Source: Lama glama
Taxonomy: Eukaryota
Assembly: GCA_028534125.1 (NCBI GenBank)
Contig: CM052817.1
Location: 15,998,001 to 16,062,000 of the forward strand
DNA length: 64,000 bases
Reading direction: 5' to 3'
A model generated the notes under the pieces. The model worked only from the letters and a program-made list of their open reading frames with translations, ran no database searches and was not told the origin of the DNA. The position numbers were made by a program, and so were the translations under genes. Below are positions 50,206 to 64,000 of this stretch, one piece after another (within the stretch, counting starts at the first letter, position 1; each line of letters starts with the position of its first letter).

Positions 50206-51584
50206 ATTTAAAAAAGAAAATAAAATGGTAAACCAGAAAGGACTTTCTCTTAACTTGCTCCTAATGAACAGAGATAGAAACCAATTGACTCAAATATTCA
50301 AACCAAGAAACAGAATCCATTTCAATACCTAAATCTACTTATATCACTTAAGTAAGAAACAGCCTGGCTGTAACTGTGAACATTAAACATTGTATAAATC
50401 TGAGCCACACAGAGGCCAATTAATGACTGCATGGCATTACCATGTCTTCCTAAAACTGTGTGATAATACCCACTGCCTATAATTGAAAGGATTTAGTAGA
50501 CATATATTGATGGAAATCAGATGATTTCATCCACAGTGTCTGAATTACTTTGATATGTTTGAGCCTGAAGCAAAATAATGTAATAAAAAACAACATACAG
50601 ATGAGAACCGCAATTTTTCTCTACATATGAATCTGTCGCTGATTTGAGAAGAATCAAATCTAAGTCCGACCAGGTGAAGACATTCCATACATCATCCTTC
50701 CCAATTTAATATAAAAATAATATTTCCCCTTCCAGTATGTTTATATACTGTTCCTGACTCTGTGAGATCTTGGATATTGAGAGACCAAGAGACACAGAGT
50801 GTTGCCTTAGCAAAAGTTACACACAACAGAGATGAATTATGAAATACTTTCTTAAAAGAGATTACTTTAAAGACTACCTGAAAATTACAAGCCCCCAGAA
50901 GTAACAACCAATGGACGAATGAGTAGAATGGGAAGGTAGATCTTATGAGCAGGATGAATGAATGAGAAATAGACTATATGGTAGGCTGGAAATACTGTTC
51001 CCACTTCCTTCTCACCCCCCAGTAGATTGCCATGGGGCTAAAATTCCACCAGTCATACCTTTTGGTTTTAAAAACTTTTCTGTCACTGTCTATGAAATTG
51101 CAAATACTCTTAGGAAAGGTAGCCTAAAGCTTTATCTTCTAACACTTTGTCACAAGTTATTTTTCAGTTCAGCTTAGAGAGTATTAAGACTGTTTTTGAC
51201 CAGGCAAGGAATCACAATGGGGACCAAAGTCACCTCAGAGGAGGAGAAACGCTTAGAACAGAGGAGAGGAGAGATTTCCAGAGACCCCTCAGGCACAAAT
51301 AAATACAAATTCAAAGACTCATGAAAATTGACTTTACCAACCACCAGATTCTTTGAAGATTATTAAAAGCTACCCAGTTGGTTTATATATTTGTAACATG
51401 CATCTAGGTTTTCATTGCTGTTATAAAACGTAAGTTGGTGGAGACAGGAGAGAGGATGCATTTCTTCCATCTTCATTTACCCCCAATACTAACATCCTAA
51501 TGTCAGGGGAACCTCAGATACAGTTCAAGAATTTCCAAATAGGAGGGAATTAGAATGGGAATGTGGTTGGTAGGTGGGCTAAGT

Positions 51585-51720
51585 ACTTGTTACTCAAAGT
51601 GTACTGACCAGCATCACCTAGAAGCTTGTTAGAAATGCAGAATCTCAGGCCCCATTCCAGATCTACACAATCCATTTGCATCTTATCAAGGCTGTCATTA
51701 AATTTGAGGAACGATGGGCT
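51585..51720. mobile_element. MER5A fragment
   Basis: cagcatcacctagaagcttgttagaaatgcagaatctcaggcccca. Confidence 0.85.
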
Positions 51721-54700
51721 AGAAAAGACTTACCTTGAAGGTCTATTTGCATAGCAAGCTTTATTTTATTTTATTTTATTTTATTTCATTTTTCTTAGCT
51801 TAGAGTGTAGGTTTAGAGTGGCTTAGGAACAGAATGACTGATGAATGTTATGAGGAAGAATTGAGCCCCCCACTAAGCAACTGCTTGGTGCTACCTCTGG
51901 AGAATCTTCTCAGTGATCACACTTTCAACATGATGTAAGGATTTTTCTAAACATGATCCAGCAGGTGTGACAGGCAGGACCACCACCCTTAAATCACACA
52001 ACAACCTCAACATACATGACTAGTCCACTTACTAGTTCAGAAAAACAGCTGATGACAAGTGAATGACGACTTCCCTGAACATTTAGATGACTGATTTCGT
52101 ATAAATCAATATTGAGTGCCACAAAATGTCAGAAAATACCAAATGAGGAGAAGAGAATCAATAGATAACCTTGGAATTAAATGAGTGATGAATAATCTTT
52201 ACCAACTAAAATAAATTAAAACATGAAAACCAAGTTAAAGTAACATCAAGGACCTGGCTTAAAACCACAAAAAACAATGTAATTTAGAGGGAAGCCTGCT
52301 CATGACAAACACACTGTTCTTTTTTTTCAGAAAAGCGTTATGACAGGAGCTACAAAATAAGGGCTAAATTCATACTTTCTAGCTTCTATCTGAACAGCCA
52401 TAATTGTTTAAGGTTCTACAACAAATAAACTCCAATTTGCAGATGCAGATCATGCATTAACCTAGCAACCATGAAACTGAGCATCCATTTGATGAACACT
52501 CTCAAGGTTTATGGGGTAGGGGTAAGAAGACAAATTCTACAATTTATTTAATTCATTTTAGAGTGTAAATGTGCTTATTAGAGCTATCAAGTAAATCAAA
52601 CATGTATAGGCAGACCAAATGTCAGAATTCAAATCCAAATGTTTTTCTTAGTCCTAACCTGGCATCAGAGATAAATCCAGTCCTGTAACAGAAATCAAGT
52701 AAGTGTCTTCCTTCGTAAGTAAACAGACGTGAAGTCGCATTTTTTTTTTAATCATTTTAGAGCTCGTGGATTCTAAAAGCACGAACTTAAATGCCTAATG
52801 TGTGCTAGGAACGGTGCTGGGTACCAGTGATGAGAGGTGAAGAACACACATCCATGCCCTTCTCGTCCTGTGAGGGAGGCAGCCAGGTAAGCAGATCATC
52901 TCAGCCGCAGTAGTATCTGCGCTATGGGGGAGGGAGGATGGTGGTGCAACCCCAGGGACCCATCCATCCCAACCCCCTGCGCCGACATAGCTCAACGCCA
53001 GGAGTTCCACTCCTGTTGCAGTGTCCTTGAAGAAGGACAACATGGAGACTCTGCCCCAAACCTTTGTATATAATCTAGGCTGCAGGGTTTTGGTGGTAGT
53101 GTTTTTAAATAAAATAGTTTCTGAAATGTTTCTACGGGAATAAAGACCACAGCACCAATGAGACTTCACGGCACTCTGACCTATGAATTCTTTTTTCTTT
53201 TTAGATTTATTTTCAAATCCAAATATCCATGGATGCCTACAAGACACTAATGCCCACACAAACTCTCCTCAGCTAGATTCCAGTCCATGATTTGTATAAA
53301 CAGAGAAATCTGAGGGCAAGGGTTCTTCTGACTTAATAGCCCCGAGGGGTTTCCCCAAAGGTCCCAAGGCTGACCAACCAGAGATCTGCAGAGACGTTAA
53401 GTTTTTCGAACGGCATTTAACAAAAGGTGCTCCTTTGGAGAGCTGCCTTTCTTAAAGACCGAAGTACAGGAGCACACCCAAGAAAAGAGATTTAAAAATG
53501 CAGCTTCCTCTGGAAGGTTTAAGGAGTAAATGGGGACTGTATTTCTTGGGCTTGGGCAGAAAGAGGGCTATTCAACACCTTTTGATTCCTACCTTACTGG
53601 AAGAAATCATCCAGTGTTTCCAGCTGTAGTTCCATCTCTCAGGCAGAGGCATGGGCTGCTCTTACTTACTGAGGAACAGAGAAGAGGCAGAAAGTGGAAG
53701 ACCTCAAGAAGCAGCCCACATGAAGCGCAGATACAACGCTTATTGTATACACAACTTGCCATCTGAAATTAAGGCTGCCACTCTACCTAAAACAACACTT
53801 GGACTGGGGACCATGAACAAATTTAGAAACCAAATTAAGCCAAGACCATCCTGTAGATGGTAAACATATCAAACCAGGGGTTTGGATCATGTTACTGCTC
53901 TAGAAGTTCACTGGTCCCACCCTCTGTGACAACACTAGACTTAGAAGCTAAAGGATGTTGAGTGTTCACCACGTGCCAGGCGCATCCATCTTTTAAAACA
54001 ATTCTGTTAAGATATCATTGTTATCTCTCTTTTATGGATGTGGAAACAGAAGCATGAAAAAGTTGAATAATTTTCTAAAGTTCTCATGGCTTTCCCAGAG
54101 GGTAGCTGGGACCAAGCGGGTGATTCCAGAGCTCATCCTGTAAGCCACCCTCCCAACGGCCTTCCCTTCTTAGTCCGCCTCCCTCCTCAACCACTATCAG
54201 CAGTGATGCGCTGCACCGGACTGAAGACTCACCCCGGGGACTTTTCCAAGCCACATTCCCAGATGCTGAAAATACAGGGATCCACCCAATACAGATGGAA
54301 ATGAGGGATCCTGAAGGTGTGTGGGAAACACACAGGCACGAAAGAATACAGAAGACAGAGAGCAGGCCCTCCTGCACAGACCCTCGGGCTTACGGCTGCA
54401 GCAGGATGCCCTAGCCTCTCCTTCTGGTCCAATGGATGCACACAAAGTTGTTTGCTTTTAACATGCACTTAATGCCTTCTTAAAAAAAAGAAGAAGAAGA
54501 AGAAGAAGGCTCGTAAGCATATAATAAACTGGAATTATAGCCGCTGTGCTGATGCCATGTGTTATTTTGGGCTGAGTGTCCTGCTCTTTCGGATTTCTGG
54601 ATCCTGATGGTAGGATGCTGAAGTCTGCTCCAGTAACACCGGCTGACTGCTGTCCCCAAAGGACCCTGAGGAAAACAAGAGGAACTCTCTCGCCGTCTTC

Positions 54701-54819
54701 AGCCAACAGGGGAGGCTGAACATAAATAAACTCCCACTTAACGTTTTCTCCAACAAGAATCCATTCATTATCTTTACTTCCGACACAGTATTTATGAATT
54801 TCCTTTCAGCGAGGCCCAT

Positions 54820-54950
54820 CAGGGCAAACGTCACAACTCTGTCCTTCTCCTCCGAGGAAGATTAAGGCCAAGGAATAAAAGAAAGGGGGACGTGGCCCCT
54901 ATATTTAGCTCTCCTACAACATCATGTCTCACGGGTATTAAAAATAGACC
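54820..54950. promoter_or_regulatory. Candidate enhancer with paired MEF2 sites
   Basis: CTATATTTAG (54899-54908), TTAAAAATAG (54938-54947), ACGTCA (54828-54833) and ACGTG (54890-54894) in repeat-free sequence. Motif evidence only. Confidence 0.35.
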
Positions 54951-55689
54951 CAGATCACTTGAAGACATTCTGAAAATCAAAGGCAGAATAGCTTTCCAAG
55001 AGGAAGTTTTAAATGTTTTCTGCTTTCCTTCTCGTTGAGATTCTTAAGGACCAAAAGCAGTGGTGTGGGCCCCCCTCTTCCTAGGAGGCCAAGTGCATCA
55101 TCCCCTCAGCTTCAGTTCTTTGTGGACTGGATTTTAAGAGAAGTCTAGGCTGGCCCTTGGCAAAAAGTGTGAAGTAGTCTGTGTAGAGAAATTTTCCTGT
55201 TAACAACCTTTCCTCTGCCCGGAGTCCTGACATTCCCAAGGTCCCTGTCAGAGAGAAATCAGCTCAGATCCAATTCACTGAACAAATATGTGTCATTTGT
55301 GATGTGCCAGGCACAGTGCCAGGCAGGGCAAAGTGGACAGAGGGGAGAGGAGGATGGAACGTCCTTGTTAGAGAAAGTGCCAGGTAATTCTACGAGTAAG
55401 GAGAGCTTCCAGAGGACCACAGGCCACACCCTTCAAAGAAGAGAGGGTCGCATTCTTGTTGGAAGGTATTGGAATGGATGTCATACTGGAGGCAGCCATC
55501 AAAACAGACAACGAGGACAGAGTAGGGATGTGGGACTCAAAAGACATGAGCCCAAGTGTGGAAGAAGATCAAGAATTAGCTCAGTGGAACGCCTCTTCTC
55601 AAAAATATACACCTAGTAAACCCCAAGGAAGAAAAGCTTTTTAGAACCGAAGGAATTTCCAGCCGGAGAAATCATACAGAACTGAAGAA

Positions 55690-55885
55690 TGCAGCCTCTT
55701 TCAAATCTTGCAGTTCACCAGCTGTGTAACTTTGGGTAATTCCTTCCCTTCCCCGAGACTCACTTTCATATCTGTAAAATGGGGCCCATACACCACTGGC
55801 TGACGGATTGATGAAATCATAACATGAATATGTAATACTTGGCTCAGGGTTTGATACGTGGTTCATGGGAAAGACTCAATGAATG
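55690..55885 (+). mobile_element. MIR SINE
   Basis: cagctgtgtaactttgggtaa...atctgtaaaatgggg. Confidence 0.7.
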
Positions 55886-56337
55886 GATGCAGTTCACTCA
55901 AGTGGCAGCTATTTAAATTGGGTCATACTCTAATAGGCCTCTGATCACATGCAGCGCCCACTCTCTCGGCAGGAAGCCTTGATTAACATTAGATTATGGG
56001 TAAGAGTACGATAGTGTGTCCGTTGCTTTTGTAAATGTCTAGTTTGCAGATGACTCTGTGGCTCATACCACTTTACAAAGGGAAGAGACCCTACAGCCAC
56101 CACCAGTTTCCAATGATCAAAAGAAATAAGTAACCTTGGGGGGGGGAAATCTTTCAATGGACATTTATGTCAATCCATGGCAGTGACACTCATCACTCTT
56201 TGGAATCATTCATAGAGAGTTTAGTAAAAAGTTGACGGGCATTCTCTAAGCCAAGGTAAAGGAGAAAAGAGCCTTGGAGAGGTTAGCAGTGAGGAAACAG
56301 ACATAGCAGGGGTGAAAAATCAATGTCTGTGGAATAG

Positions 56338-56480
56338 TGCAGTGTTTCTCAAACTCTGCTGTGCCCACGGATCCCCTGGGGCTCTGTTCAGGTGAAGATT
56401 CTGATTCAGTTGGGCTGAATCATAGCTCCCTGGGGCTATCTATGCTCTGGGTCCGTGGACCACACTTTGAATGCCAAGGG
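56338..56480. mobile_element. MER5A-like element
   Basis: cagtgtttctcaaact...agattctgattcagt...ggtccgtggaccacactttga. Confidence 0.8.
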
Positions 56481-57404
56481 TATGATGTTTCCTCTGGGCT
56501 TAAGAAAGGACTGAGTAGGGGAACTAGGAGAGCCCCAGTGAAAGAAGGGCAACTTGGAAAAGAGTAATGTCCAAACAAGATGGCAAGAGGACCGGATGAT
56601 CTGAGAGGCAGCCAAGCCAGAGATGTAAATACCGAGACGTGATGTCCAAGGGGAGGGTTTTCAGAAGAGAAGAGGCCCCAGCTCGTGAAGCTCTAGTGCA
56701 TTACTCACATTGGCTGTGAGTCACTCACAGCCTTTTAGAATTGTTGATGGCAAACGTTTTGGAGAGCGCTGCGATAAAGGAATGTGCTCACAGCCATTAA
56801 CTACGAAGCACTAACTCATTTCAGCAGCCTGACACAAATGATGCTCCGCACTTGAGAAACAGCTATTGATCAGCGCCTTCTCTCTCATGCCTTCCAATAC
56901 TCCAGATCAGCACTTCTACTCACTCCCCGCCCCACAGATGCCTCCACACACCTAGTTAGATCCTTCCCAAACCCAAAACTGTCCCCCGGGACCTCACTCT
57001 ACTTTCTTCTAGATTTTTGCCTTTGAAAAACAAGCCAAGAAAGAGGCAAACCAAAGACAGCTCTTTGCATTTCTCCACCTCCCTGCCTCCTAGGAACTTC
57101 CCAACATCTTTTATTTTCTTTACTCATTATAGACACAAAGGCAACAAATCAACTGACCCATCACTTCCCATGTTAGAAGATAAGAAACGAAGAGGGTATG
57201 AAAAGGGCAGAATATAGAATTAGCCTTTAAAGAATTAAATCAGCTTCAGGGGCCGATTGAGTAGTAATACTCCGAATACCTTCCAGTAGCAGCTTGAGTA
57301 TCAAGAAGGCAAAAAGAAGCTCGTGGTCTCTCAAGTTGAGAGTAATGTGCAACTTCCCTTGTCTCCTTAATCTCAAGAAAAACTGACGAAGCATGTAGAT
57401 CGTC

Positions 57405-57894
57405 TGTGGCAGACTGATTGCAAAGATGGATGTCCCCAGTCCTCCCCGCTCCCTGGATCCACGCCCTTTACCATATGACTCTGCAGCTTCTCCCACTGAG
57501 AAGAGGAGTCTACCTCCCATTTTATGAGGCTAGGCTGCCTTGTCTCTTGCTCTCGGCACGATTAAATGGAAATAACAGTGTGGGTGTGTGATCTGAGCCT
57601 AGTGGCCCTTGCACACTTCTACTCACTCTCTTTTTCATCTGCCTTCACCAAGAGAACAAGCTTGGGCTAGCCTGCGACCACTTAGAGCAGAGTCAAGGTG
57701 ATCCTCCGACTTGCCAGCCCCCAGCTGACCCACCACATGTCCCAATCACAAGAGTGAGCCCAGCTGAGAACATCTGAGCCTGCCTTAGACCAGCAGAACT
57801 ATAGAGATAATCCAAAGACTTAAGAGAAGTAATAAATAGTGGTTGTCTCAAGCCACCAAATTTTGGCATGCTTTGTGATGCAGCATTAGTTGGC
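57405..57894 (+). mobile_element. MaLR LTR (MLT1F/G-like)
   Basis: tgtggcagactgattgcaaagatgg...tgactctgcagcttctcccact...aataaatagtggttgtctcaagccaccaaattttgg. Confidence 0.85.
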
Positions 57895-58199
57895 AAAAAA
57901 AAAAAAAAAAAAAAAAACCCTGATGGAGCTCCCTTTGGAAAAGCCATGATAAAAAGTCTAGGTATACAAATAGTTCCAACAGGACACTGGCTTTCCTCTG
58001 ACAAAATTATTCATGAACGTAAATACATTGTAATAACATAATTGCATCATTTGTAAAACAAAAGCACACTAGGGAATCAGATAATAAAAACACATTTCCG
58101 TATTAGTTTTCATTTTTCAAAGGGTTTAATCTATTCATTAACAGACTACATTAACTTGTGCAAATTTTTTTAGTTCACTAGACTTCTAATCCAGTTGGT

Positions 58200-59000
58200 C
58201 ATTCCTATTTTGTGTGCATTTGTCTGTGAAGGATTATGGTGAGCAGAGTTGTGAGCTGGGTACTGTGGGGGCTTCGAAGATGAATAACACATTAGTCCCT
58301 GATCAAATCACTCCTACCTAGTCGGGTTGACAAAACCACATACTCACCTTTAACACGCTGCAGGGAACATGTTACGCTCTTGCTGCCATTTCTACTGCTT
58401 TAAATCTTACCCATCTTACCACGTCCAGACGAGGGGGCCCTTTCTCTTTTTTATCTTCCCTAATCCCACCCTTATTTTTTTTCCTTCCCCAACTATAAGT
58501 AACTTTCTCAACTTTCAAAACACTTTCTGGGAGGTCTAGAACAGGTTCAGGCAATAATTCAAGGAAGCCATTAAAATTTAAGGTTAAAAGGGAAGCTTTA
58601 TATCAGATTGATCATGAAAAGCCTTAAATATTGGTTGCAGAGTGTGTAACTGATTCTACAGGCAATAGGGAGCCATGGAGAGCTTCTGAGAAAGGGAGTG
58701 ACATAAAGAAAAGCTGTCATTCAGCAAGGAGTGTTGAGATGTCTCAGGCCCTTACTGAAGGATCATGGAAGTCCCAGGGTAATGAAGTTTCAGAAAAGAT
58801 GAGATGGTCAGTTGCAGATCCTATATAGAGGTAAACTGGATGAGAAACCCATGGGGTGTGCCAAGGAGATAGCCTGGTGACCTCGGAAAGGAAAAATTCA
58901 ATAGCATACAAAAAGGGGACAGGATGGAGTAGGTAGGTGAGAAATCCAAAGTGCCAGGTCTCATCCCAGATTCTTCTTGAGAAGAGGCAAGGTTGACTGA
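58200..59000 (-). mobile_element. L2 fragments
   Basis: aggcaatagggagccatggagagcttctgagaagggagtgaca. Confidence 0.55.
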
Positions 59001-59881
59001 TTGATTGAGAGAATTTAAGGATACAGAGCATTTGGGGGAAGATTATAGTCAGCCTCCCTCTGATAAATTGCTTTGGCTGGTCTAAAAGACCTAAGAAACC
59101 CTAGTCTCTCAAAAGTGCCTTACAGGCTGTCGTGGGGAGAGAGGGGAAGGGTGAGGTCCAGGGGCACACACTGAGCCAGCAGGATTCAAATTTCTTGTTC
59201 ATTTCAACAGGCTTAATCCCATTTATCTTCCTTATGTACTGAGGTTCTGTGCCAGATTTCATTTGGGAAAAAAAAAAGGGGTCCCTACTATTGATTTTAA
59301 AATAATAATAATTTGGAAACCATTAAACCAGATGATTTCCATGATCCATTCTAGCTCTAAGGTAAAAATCTATACTAATTACCTCCCAAAACTTAGAATA
59401 AGGAAAAATCAGGAGGTAAGCACCTAACACCTGTAGGTCAGGCAACAGGCTGTACACGTTCCTTAGGTCCTCTGATTTAATTCACGCCACAGATCTCTGA
59501 ATGAGGAATCATTAGTTTTGCTCTGCAGAAGATGAACTGAAACCCAGAAAGATCCAATAGCTTGCCCAAGATCTCAGTGCTAACTACAGAGCCTGGGCTC
59601 TTGACCACAGCTTTACACATTTCCATGCCCACCCAGAAGCTCCTGGGCCTCATCCTTGAGTTCTCAAGAGCCCTCAAATTTGAATTTCCAGGAACACATA
59701 CAGGGTGACTTTGGGCAGAAGATGCTACTAAACTTAGGGAACAGAAGGGATATATTGAGAGAAAGAGATAGGAAGCGGAAGATTGAAAGGCCTGGAAAGA
59801 CTTAAAAAAATAGATTAGAGCTTAGTAGAGCTGGAAGTATTGGTGAAAACAGAAATCTTGACTCTGGGGCTACAAAAAATG

Positions 59882-59903
59882 ACACACACACACACACACA
59901 CAC
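59882..59903 (+). repeat. (CA)n microsatellite
   Basis: Directly visible. Confidence 0.95.
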
Positions 59904-60019
59904 CCCTATCTGCAACCATAATGCCATTTCTAGAAAGGATATTTACGTATCAGAAAATCATTCTTTACTCTAGGTTGAGATAAATACTAATTTGGAAAAT
60001 CTAAACCCCTTGGTAATAA

Positions 60020-60315
60020 TTAATTGTTAAAATACTATATCCCCAAACAAGGCCGCACCCCTCCCCACTCCTTATGCCCCTCTCTGCTTTATTTTTTCTC
60101 CATAGCATCTAACACCATTTTGTAATACTATACATCTTACTCCTTTGCTTATCGCCTATCTCTCTACATCAGGATGCGGGTTCCTTGGGAGGAATGGAGA
60201 GGAGGTTTATTGTTGTTTCTGTGGTTGTTCACTCTGTATCTCCGGCACCTACCATAAAGTCTGGCTCCTAGGAGGCAGTCAGGCACTTGATAAATATTTG
60301 TCGAACAAATGAATG
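60020..60315 (+). mobile_element. L2 3' end
   Basis: ctgctttattttttctccatagca...ttgttcactctgtatctcc...taaatatttgtcgaacaaatgaatg. Confidence 0.8.
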
Positions 60316-62614
60316 TGTTACTTTGTCATGATATTTATGGAATAAGCCTTTCTATCTGTTCATTCCCATCCCACCTTATGGGATCTGAAACGTTAGAGTC
60401 CCCATCAATTACAAGTCTATTTAGCATTTATATGACACTTCATATTTAAAACTCACTGTTCAATTATTGATCCCCGACCTTGAAAATAGACACTAAGAAG
60501 TGGTGTAGCCCACACCTCTTTTCTTTCCTAGACCTGCACAACAGATGTGAGCAGTGGGGTGGGAAGAAGCAAGTTCAAGGATGTGGGAGAGGAGGGGAGG
60601 GGCAGGGATGTGAGGCGCTTGGAGCCCCTGTTGTTGAAACTCCATTCCCTGGTCTCCTTTTGCCTCCTTAGAAGTGTTGGCACAGAGCCAGAGATCCTCC
60701 CCTCCAGCTGCTGCAGGTGAGCTCAGCATCCCCACAGAGGAGGAGGAGAAGGAAGAAGCTCCAGGTGCCTAGAGAGGAGGTGAGGCATGAGGGGAGGAGG
60801 GCCTCCCAGCAACCTTCTCCCCGCAGGGATCTCCGACTCCGCCCTCTAAACGCTCCATCCTTTTCACAGGTGGCAGTCAGACTGCACGTCTTTCCGCATC
60901 ACTTCTTTCCTTGCCTGGTGCTCTGCTATCTCCCGGGTCTGAATGCCAATGCCCTCACTCGGCCATCTGGTCTACCTTACCTATCTCAACCACATGACTT
61001 AGCCTTAGGTGGGAAGCTTGATGGGCCACTCTGTGTGTGGAGATGACCCAAGTGGTAAACAAAGCACCAGATTTTAACCTAAGAGCTCAGCTCAGTAAGC
61101 CCTGCTTCATCTCCCAGTGTCTCAATCGCTTGGCTTTCGAGAAGAGGTTGATTTGAATATGGAATCAGACGGATGCTGTTGTATTTCCTGAAATGCTACA
61201 CACTAAACAAACTCCTGTCTAAGTCATTTAACTTGAAGCCTCAGCTCCCAACCTACCAAACCCTCCCCAGCTCAGCAACAAGCATCACCGACTCACCAGT
61301 AAAATAATCAATAGTTAAGGAGGACCAGGTGTTTGTAGTCAGATAGGTATTTTCCGATGAGGCAAGAAACACAGGCAGGAACAGAACAGCCAGATCATTC
61401 TCATAAACTCGGCACAGTAACACTGGCCACTTCTGTAAAACGTCTCACATGCAAGGTGTATAAAACCTTCCTTCACATAAACGGAGAGGGAATTAACACT
61501 TGACCAGCACACTGAGTATATCCAACGTGCCCAGCACTATGCAAGCTCGACACAGAAACCACCTTACTTCAACTTCTCAAGAGCCCTATGCTATATGCTA
61601 GACATCTCATGAAGATATGTCTTCATTTGAAAAGGGGAAATTTCAAATGAATCCTAAATGTCTAATAACTCGCTTAAGGTGCCACCGCTAAAAGGTGGAA
61701 GAGTCAAGTCTGAAAACCAGGCCTAATTTTCAAGCCCACCACTTGGTCTAGCCATTATGCATAAACAATTTCAGTATTGTCTTGTTTTCCATTGACTTTG
61801 ACTTTTTGATCATTTCTTGTTTTAGAGCTTAAGGAAGAGAACATTTAAGGCATTTAATCTTTCTTTGGTGTTACCCTGACATCACACCTCTTGCATTGCC
61901 CGAGGGAGATTACTGCAAACATTATTTGTTACAAAACTGTTTGATCTCTGGTTATTTATCGAACGCTTATTGATTATGAATAGAGATTCCTAATTGACAG
62001 AAAGAATGGGCAAGCCAGCCCTCTTTTTTCACTGTTTTGTATAATGACTGTGTTACTGAAGCCTTCATCTTATCCTCATGAACATTCTCTAGACATATTT
62101 GATTCAAAGACATGTTCACTGCACTGATGTTTCTAATCTTCAGTAGCTCATACATTATACACACAGCAGCTAGTAAATATATTTAAAAAAATATTTTTGA
62201 CACACATAAATTCACACTGCATGATACTTCATGAAAGAAACATCCAAACACCTAACTTGCTAGTAGACCATTAATAAAAATGTTGTGGAAACTGCTTCCA
62301 AAGGATGGCAATTAGCTACGATGATTAGACAAAACATGGTTTCACATTAAATTAAATTGATATTTAAATGTAATTTTTTAGCTCTGTGGTGCCAAGGTAC
62401 TACATAATTCCATTACTCCTACTATTTGTAACAGTAATAGTAACAACCACAATAACTCAACCAAATTTTCCAAGATTATGATTTGCAATGCCCCAAAGAA
62501 GTTAATTGCGTACTCGGAAAGTGGGTTAACTTTTTCAAGCCACTTGAGATCGTTTAATGACAGCTTTTGGAAAAGTTGACTGCTTTCCAAAATGCCTCCC
62601 AGTGGAGAGAGTTC

Positions 62615-62810
62615 ATTCATATGTATACATATATGAATACTATATATATTCATATATACATATATATGAAAAGTATATATGAATATATATTACATATACA
62701 TATATAGTACATGTTATATATTGACATTAAATATACATCTATTGATATTATATACATATGTATGAATATTATATATACATATGTAATACATATGTATCAC
62801 AAATATCATA
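62615..62810. repeat. TA-rich low-complexity repeat
   Basis: Degenerate (TA)n/(TACA)n tract. Confidence 0.9.
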
Positions 62811-63109
62811 GATCTGAAAAAGTGTATTAATTTACACTTAGCTAGATTAACTCTGCCCAAATACTTTTCCTCTATTTCTAAAACGAGCTGAAATGTCAAC
62901 TCATTATAAGGAAGACTATTAGCAATTCAAATATGAAGTTATTCATTACTTTAGACAAAATAAACAAACAAAACAATAAAAACCTTTAAAGATAATGGTG
63001 AGCTTTCTCTGAGGACTTTGAAAGATCAGAAAAGTCAGTAATTTCTTCATGGGCAGAGTATATCTGCTCTGTGTGGCCTAAGTTGAACTAAAATCTCTGA
63101 CTAAGGGAG

Positions 63110-63436
63110 ACCCAATTCCAAAGTGTTCCCTGTCCACCAGGGGCTACAAGCAATTCCAGCAGAAACAGCGTAAGGCAACAGAGAAGGGGAGGGACTGTGG
63201 CGGACGGAAGAGGGCCTGCCCTGTTTAAAGCAGTTGCAACTTCATAGATCCAGGCAAATACTGCCATGGAGGAAATGTGGACCCAGAATTTATACATCTT
63301 TCCACTTCTTTGGGAGGCCCAAAATCTGAGTTTTTTTATTTTTGGAAATTTCATGATTTTTTAAAACACAATGTGCACCCAACAAAATATGGCCACAGGC
63401 TGGATTTGACCTGTAAGCCTTCAGGTTGACCCTCTG
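63110..63436. mobile_element. MER102-like hAT-Charlie element
   Basis: gggactgtggcggacggaagaggg, tgccatggaggaaatgtggacccag, tttttaaaacac, caggctggatttgacc...gaccctctg. Confidence 0.75.
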
Positions 63437-64000
63437 CCCTAAGTGGTTTCTGACTTCAAGTCTAGGTTAGCAGGTAGGCCATTTATAGACATACCCCTGG
63501 AAGCTATTTATGTCATTATGTCTTGGAAATGTAGCCAGGCACAGGGCTATCTGCTTCCAAGGGGGAGAAAAAAAGAGACCACATCAGTACCATGACCATT
63601 CATCCCTGTTAATGTGGCTGATGGTTTCTGTTTCTTCTCTAGGTTTTTGCTGTACTGATCCTGCCTTGGATGCATCCCTTGGAGTCATCGGCAACATAAT
63701 TCCAATAGCAATCTCATCAAAACCAGCCACCCAATTCATCCACAAGTTCAGGCACACTCATTACCAAGACCCCTCTCTTGCCCCATCACCGCCCCTTTCT
63801 TAACCAGAGACCACTCACCCAGACGTGTGTCACTGGCGGCCACAGGAAGCTGGGGCAAGAGGAGCTGTCAAAAATAACTCCTGAGAGAATCACAGACATT
63901 TTTTTCCAATGAGAAAGTTGCAGAAAGGGCCATTATGTTTAATATGGGTGTTAATAATATATAAAATGCTCAAATCCCATCTTATTTCAGAAAGCTTTTC

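Noticed and set aside
54458..54834. Two minus-strand ORFs with protein-like composition
   Set aside because: Non-ATG starts, no recognisable family, and the poly-Leu comes from an (AAG)n repeat.
51728..58350. Strong minus-strand donor motifs (AAG|GTAAGT near 51735, AAG|GTGAGT near 58348)
   Set aside because: No convincing upstream acceptor, and both lie next to or inside old repeats.
44861..64000. Search for PPARGC1A exon B4 (recalled peptide MDEGYF)
   Set aside because: No matching minus-strand sequence found by eye; probably outside the window.

Overview
Mammalian genomic DNA, mostly non-coding and rich in interspersed repeats (MIR, L2, old and young L1, MaLR/ERVL LTRs, hAT and Tigger DNA transposon relics), with a 500-N assembly gap at 28175-28674. 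The young L1 3' ends look cetartiodactyl, probably camelid, and I saw no Alu, BovB/Bov-tA, PRE-1, CHR-2 or Can-SINE; the species call is inference. The one coding signal I can support is a 69-nt minus-strand exon segment at 44695-44763 encoding MDETSPRLEEDWKKGLQREASWP, followed by a phase-0 GTAAGT donor. It matches, from memory, the N-terminus of the human brain-specific B5 isoform of PGC-1alpha (MDETSPRLEEDWKKVLQREAGWQ). The window therefore most likely lies in the far-upstream, extended PPARGC1A locus, with exon 2 off the left edge. Several repeat-free islands carry MEF2, CRE-half, nuclear-receptor, AP-1 and octamer motifs and are candidate enhancers. I found no convincing new multi-gene system. 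Repeat subfamily names and most repeat boundaries were judged by eye and are approximate.
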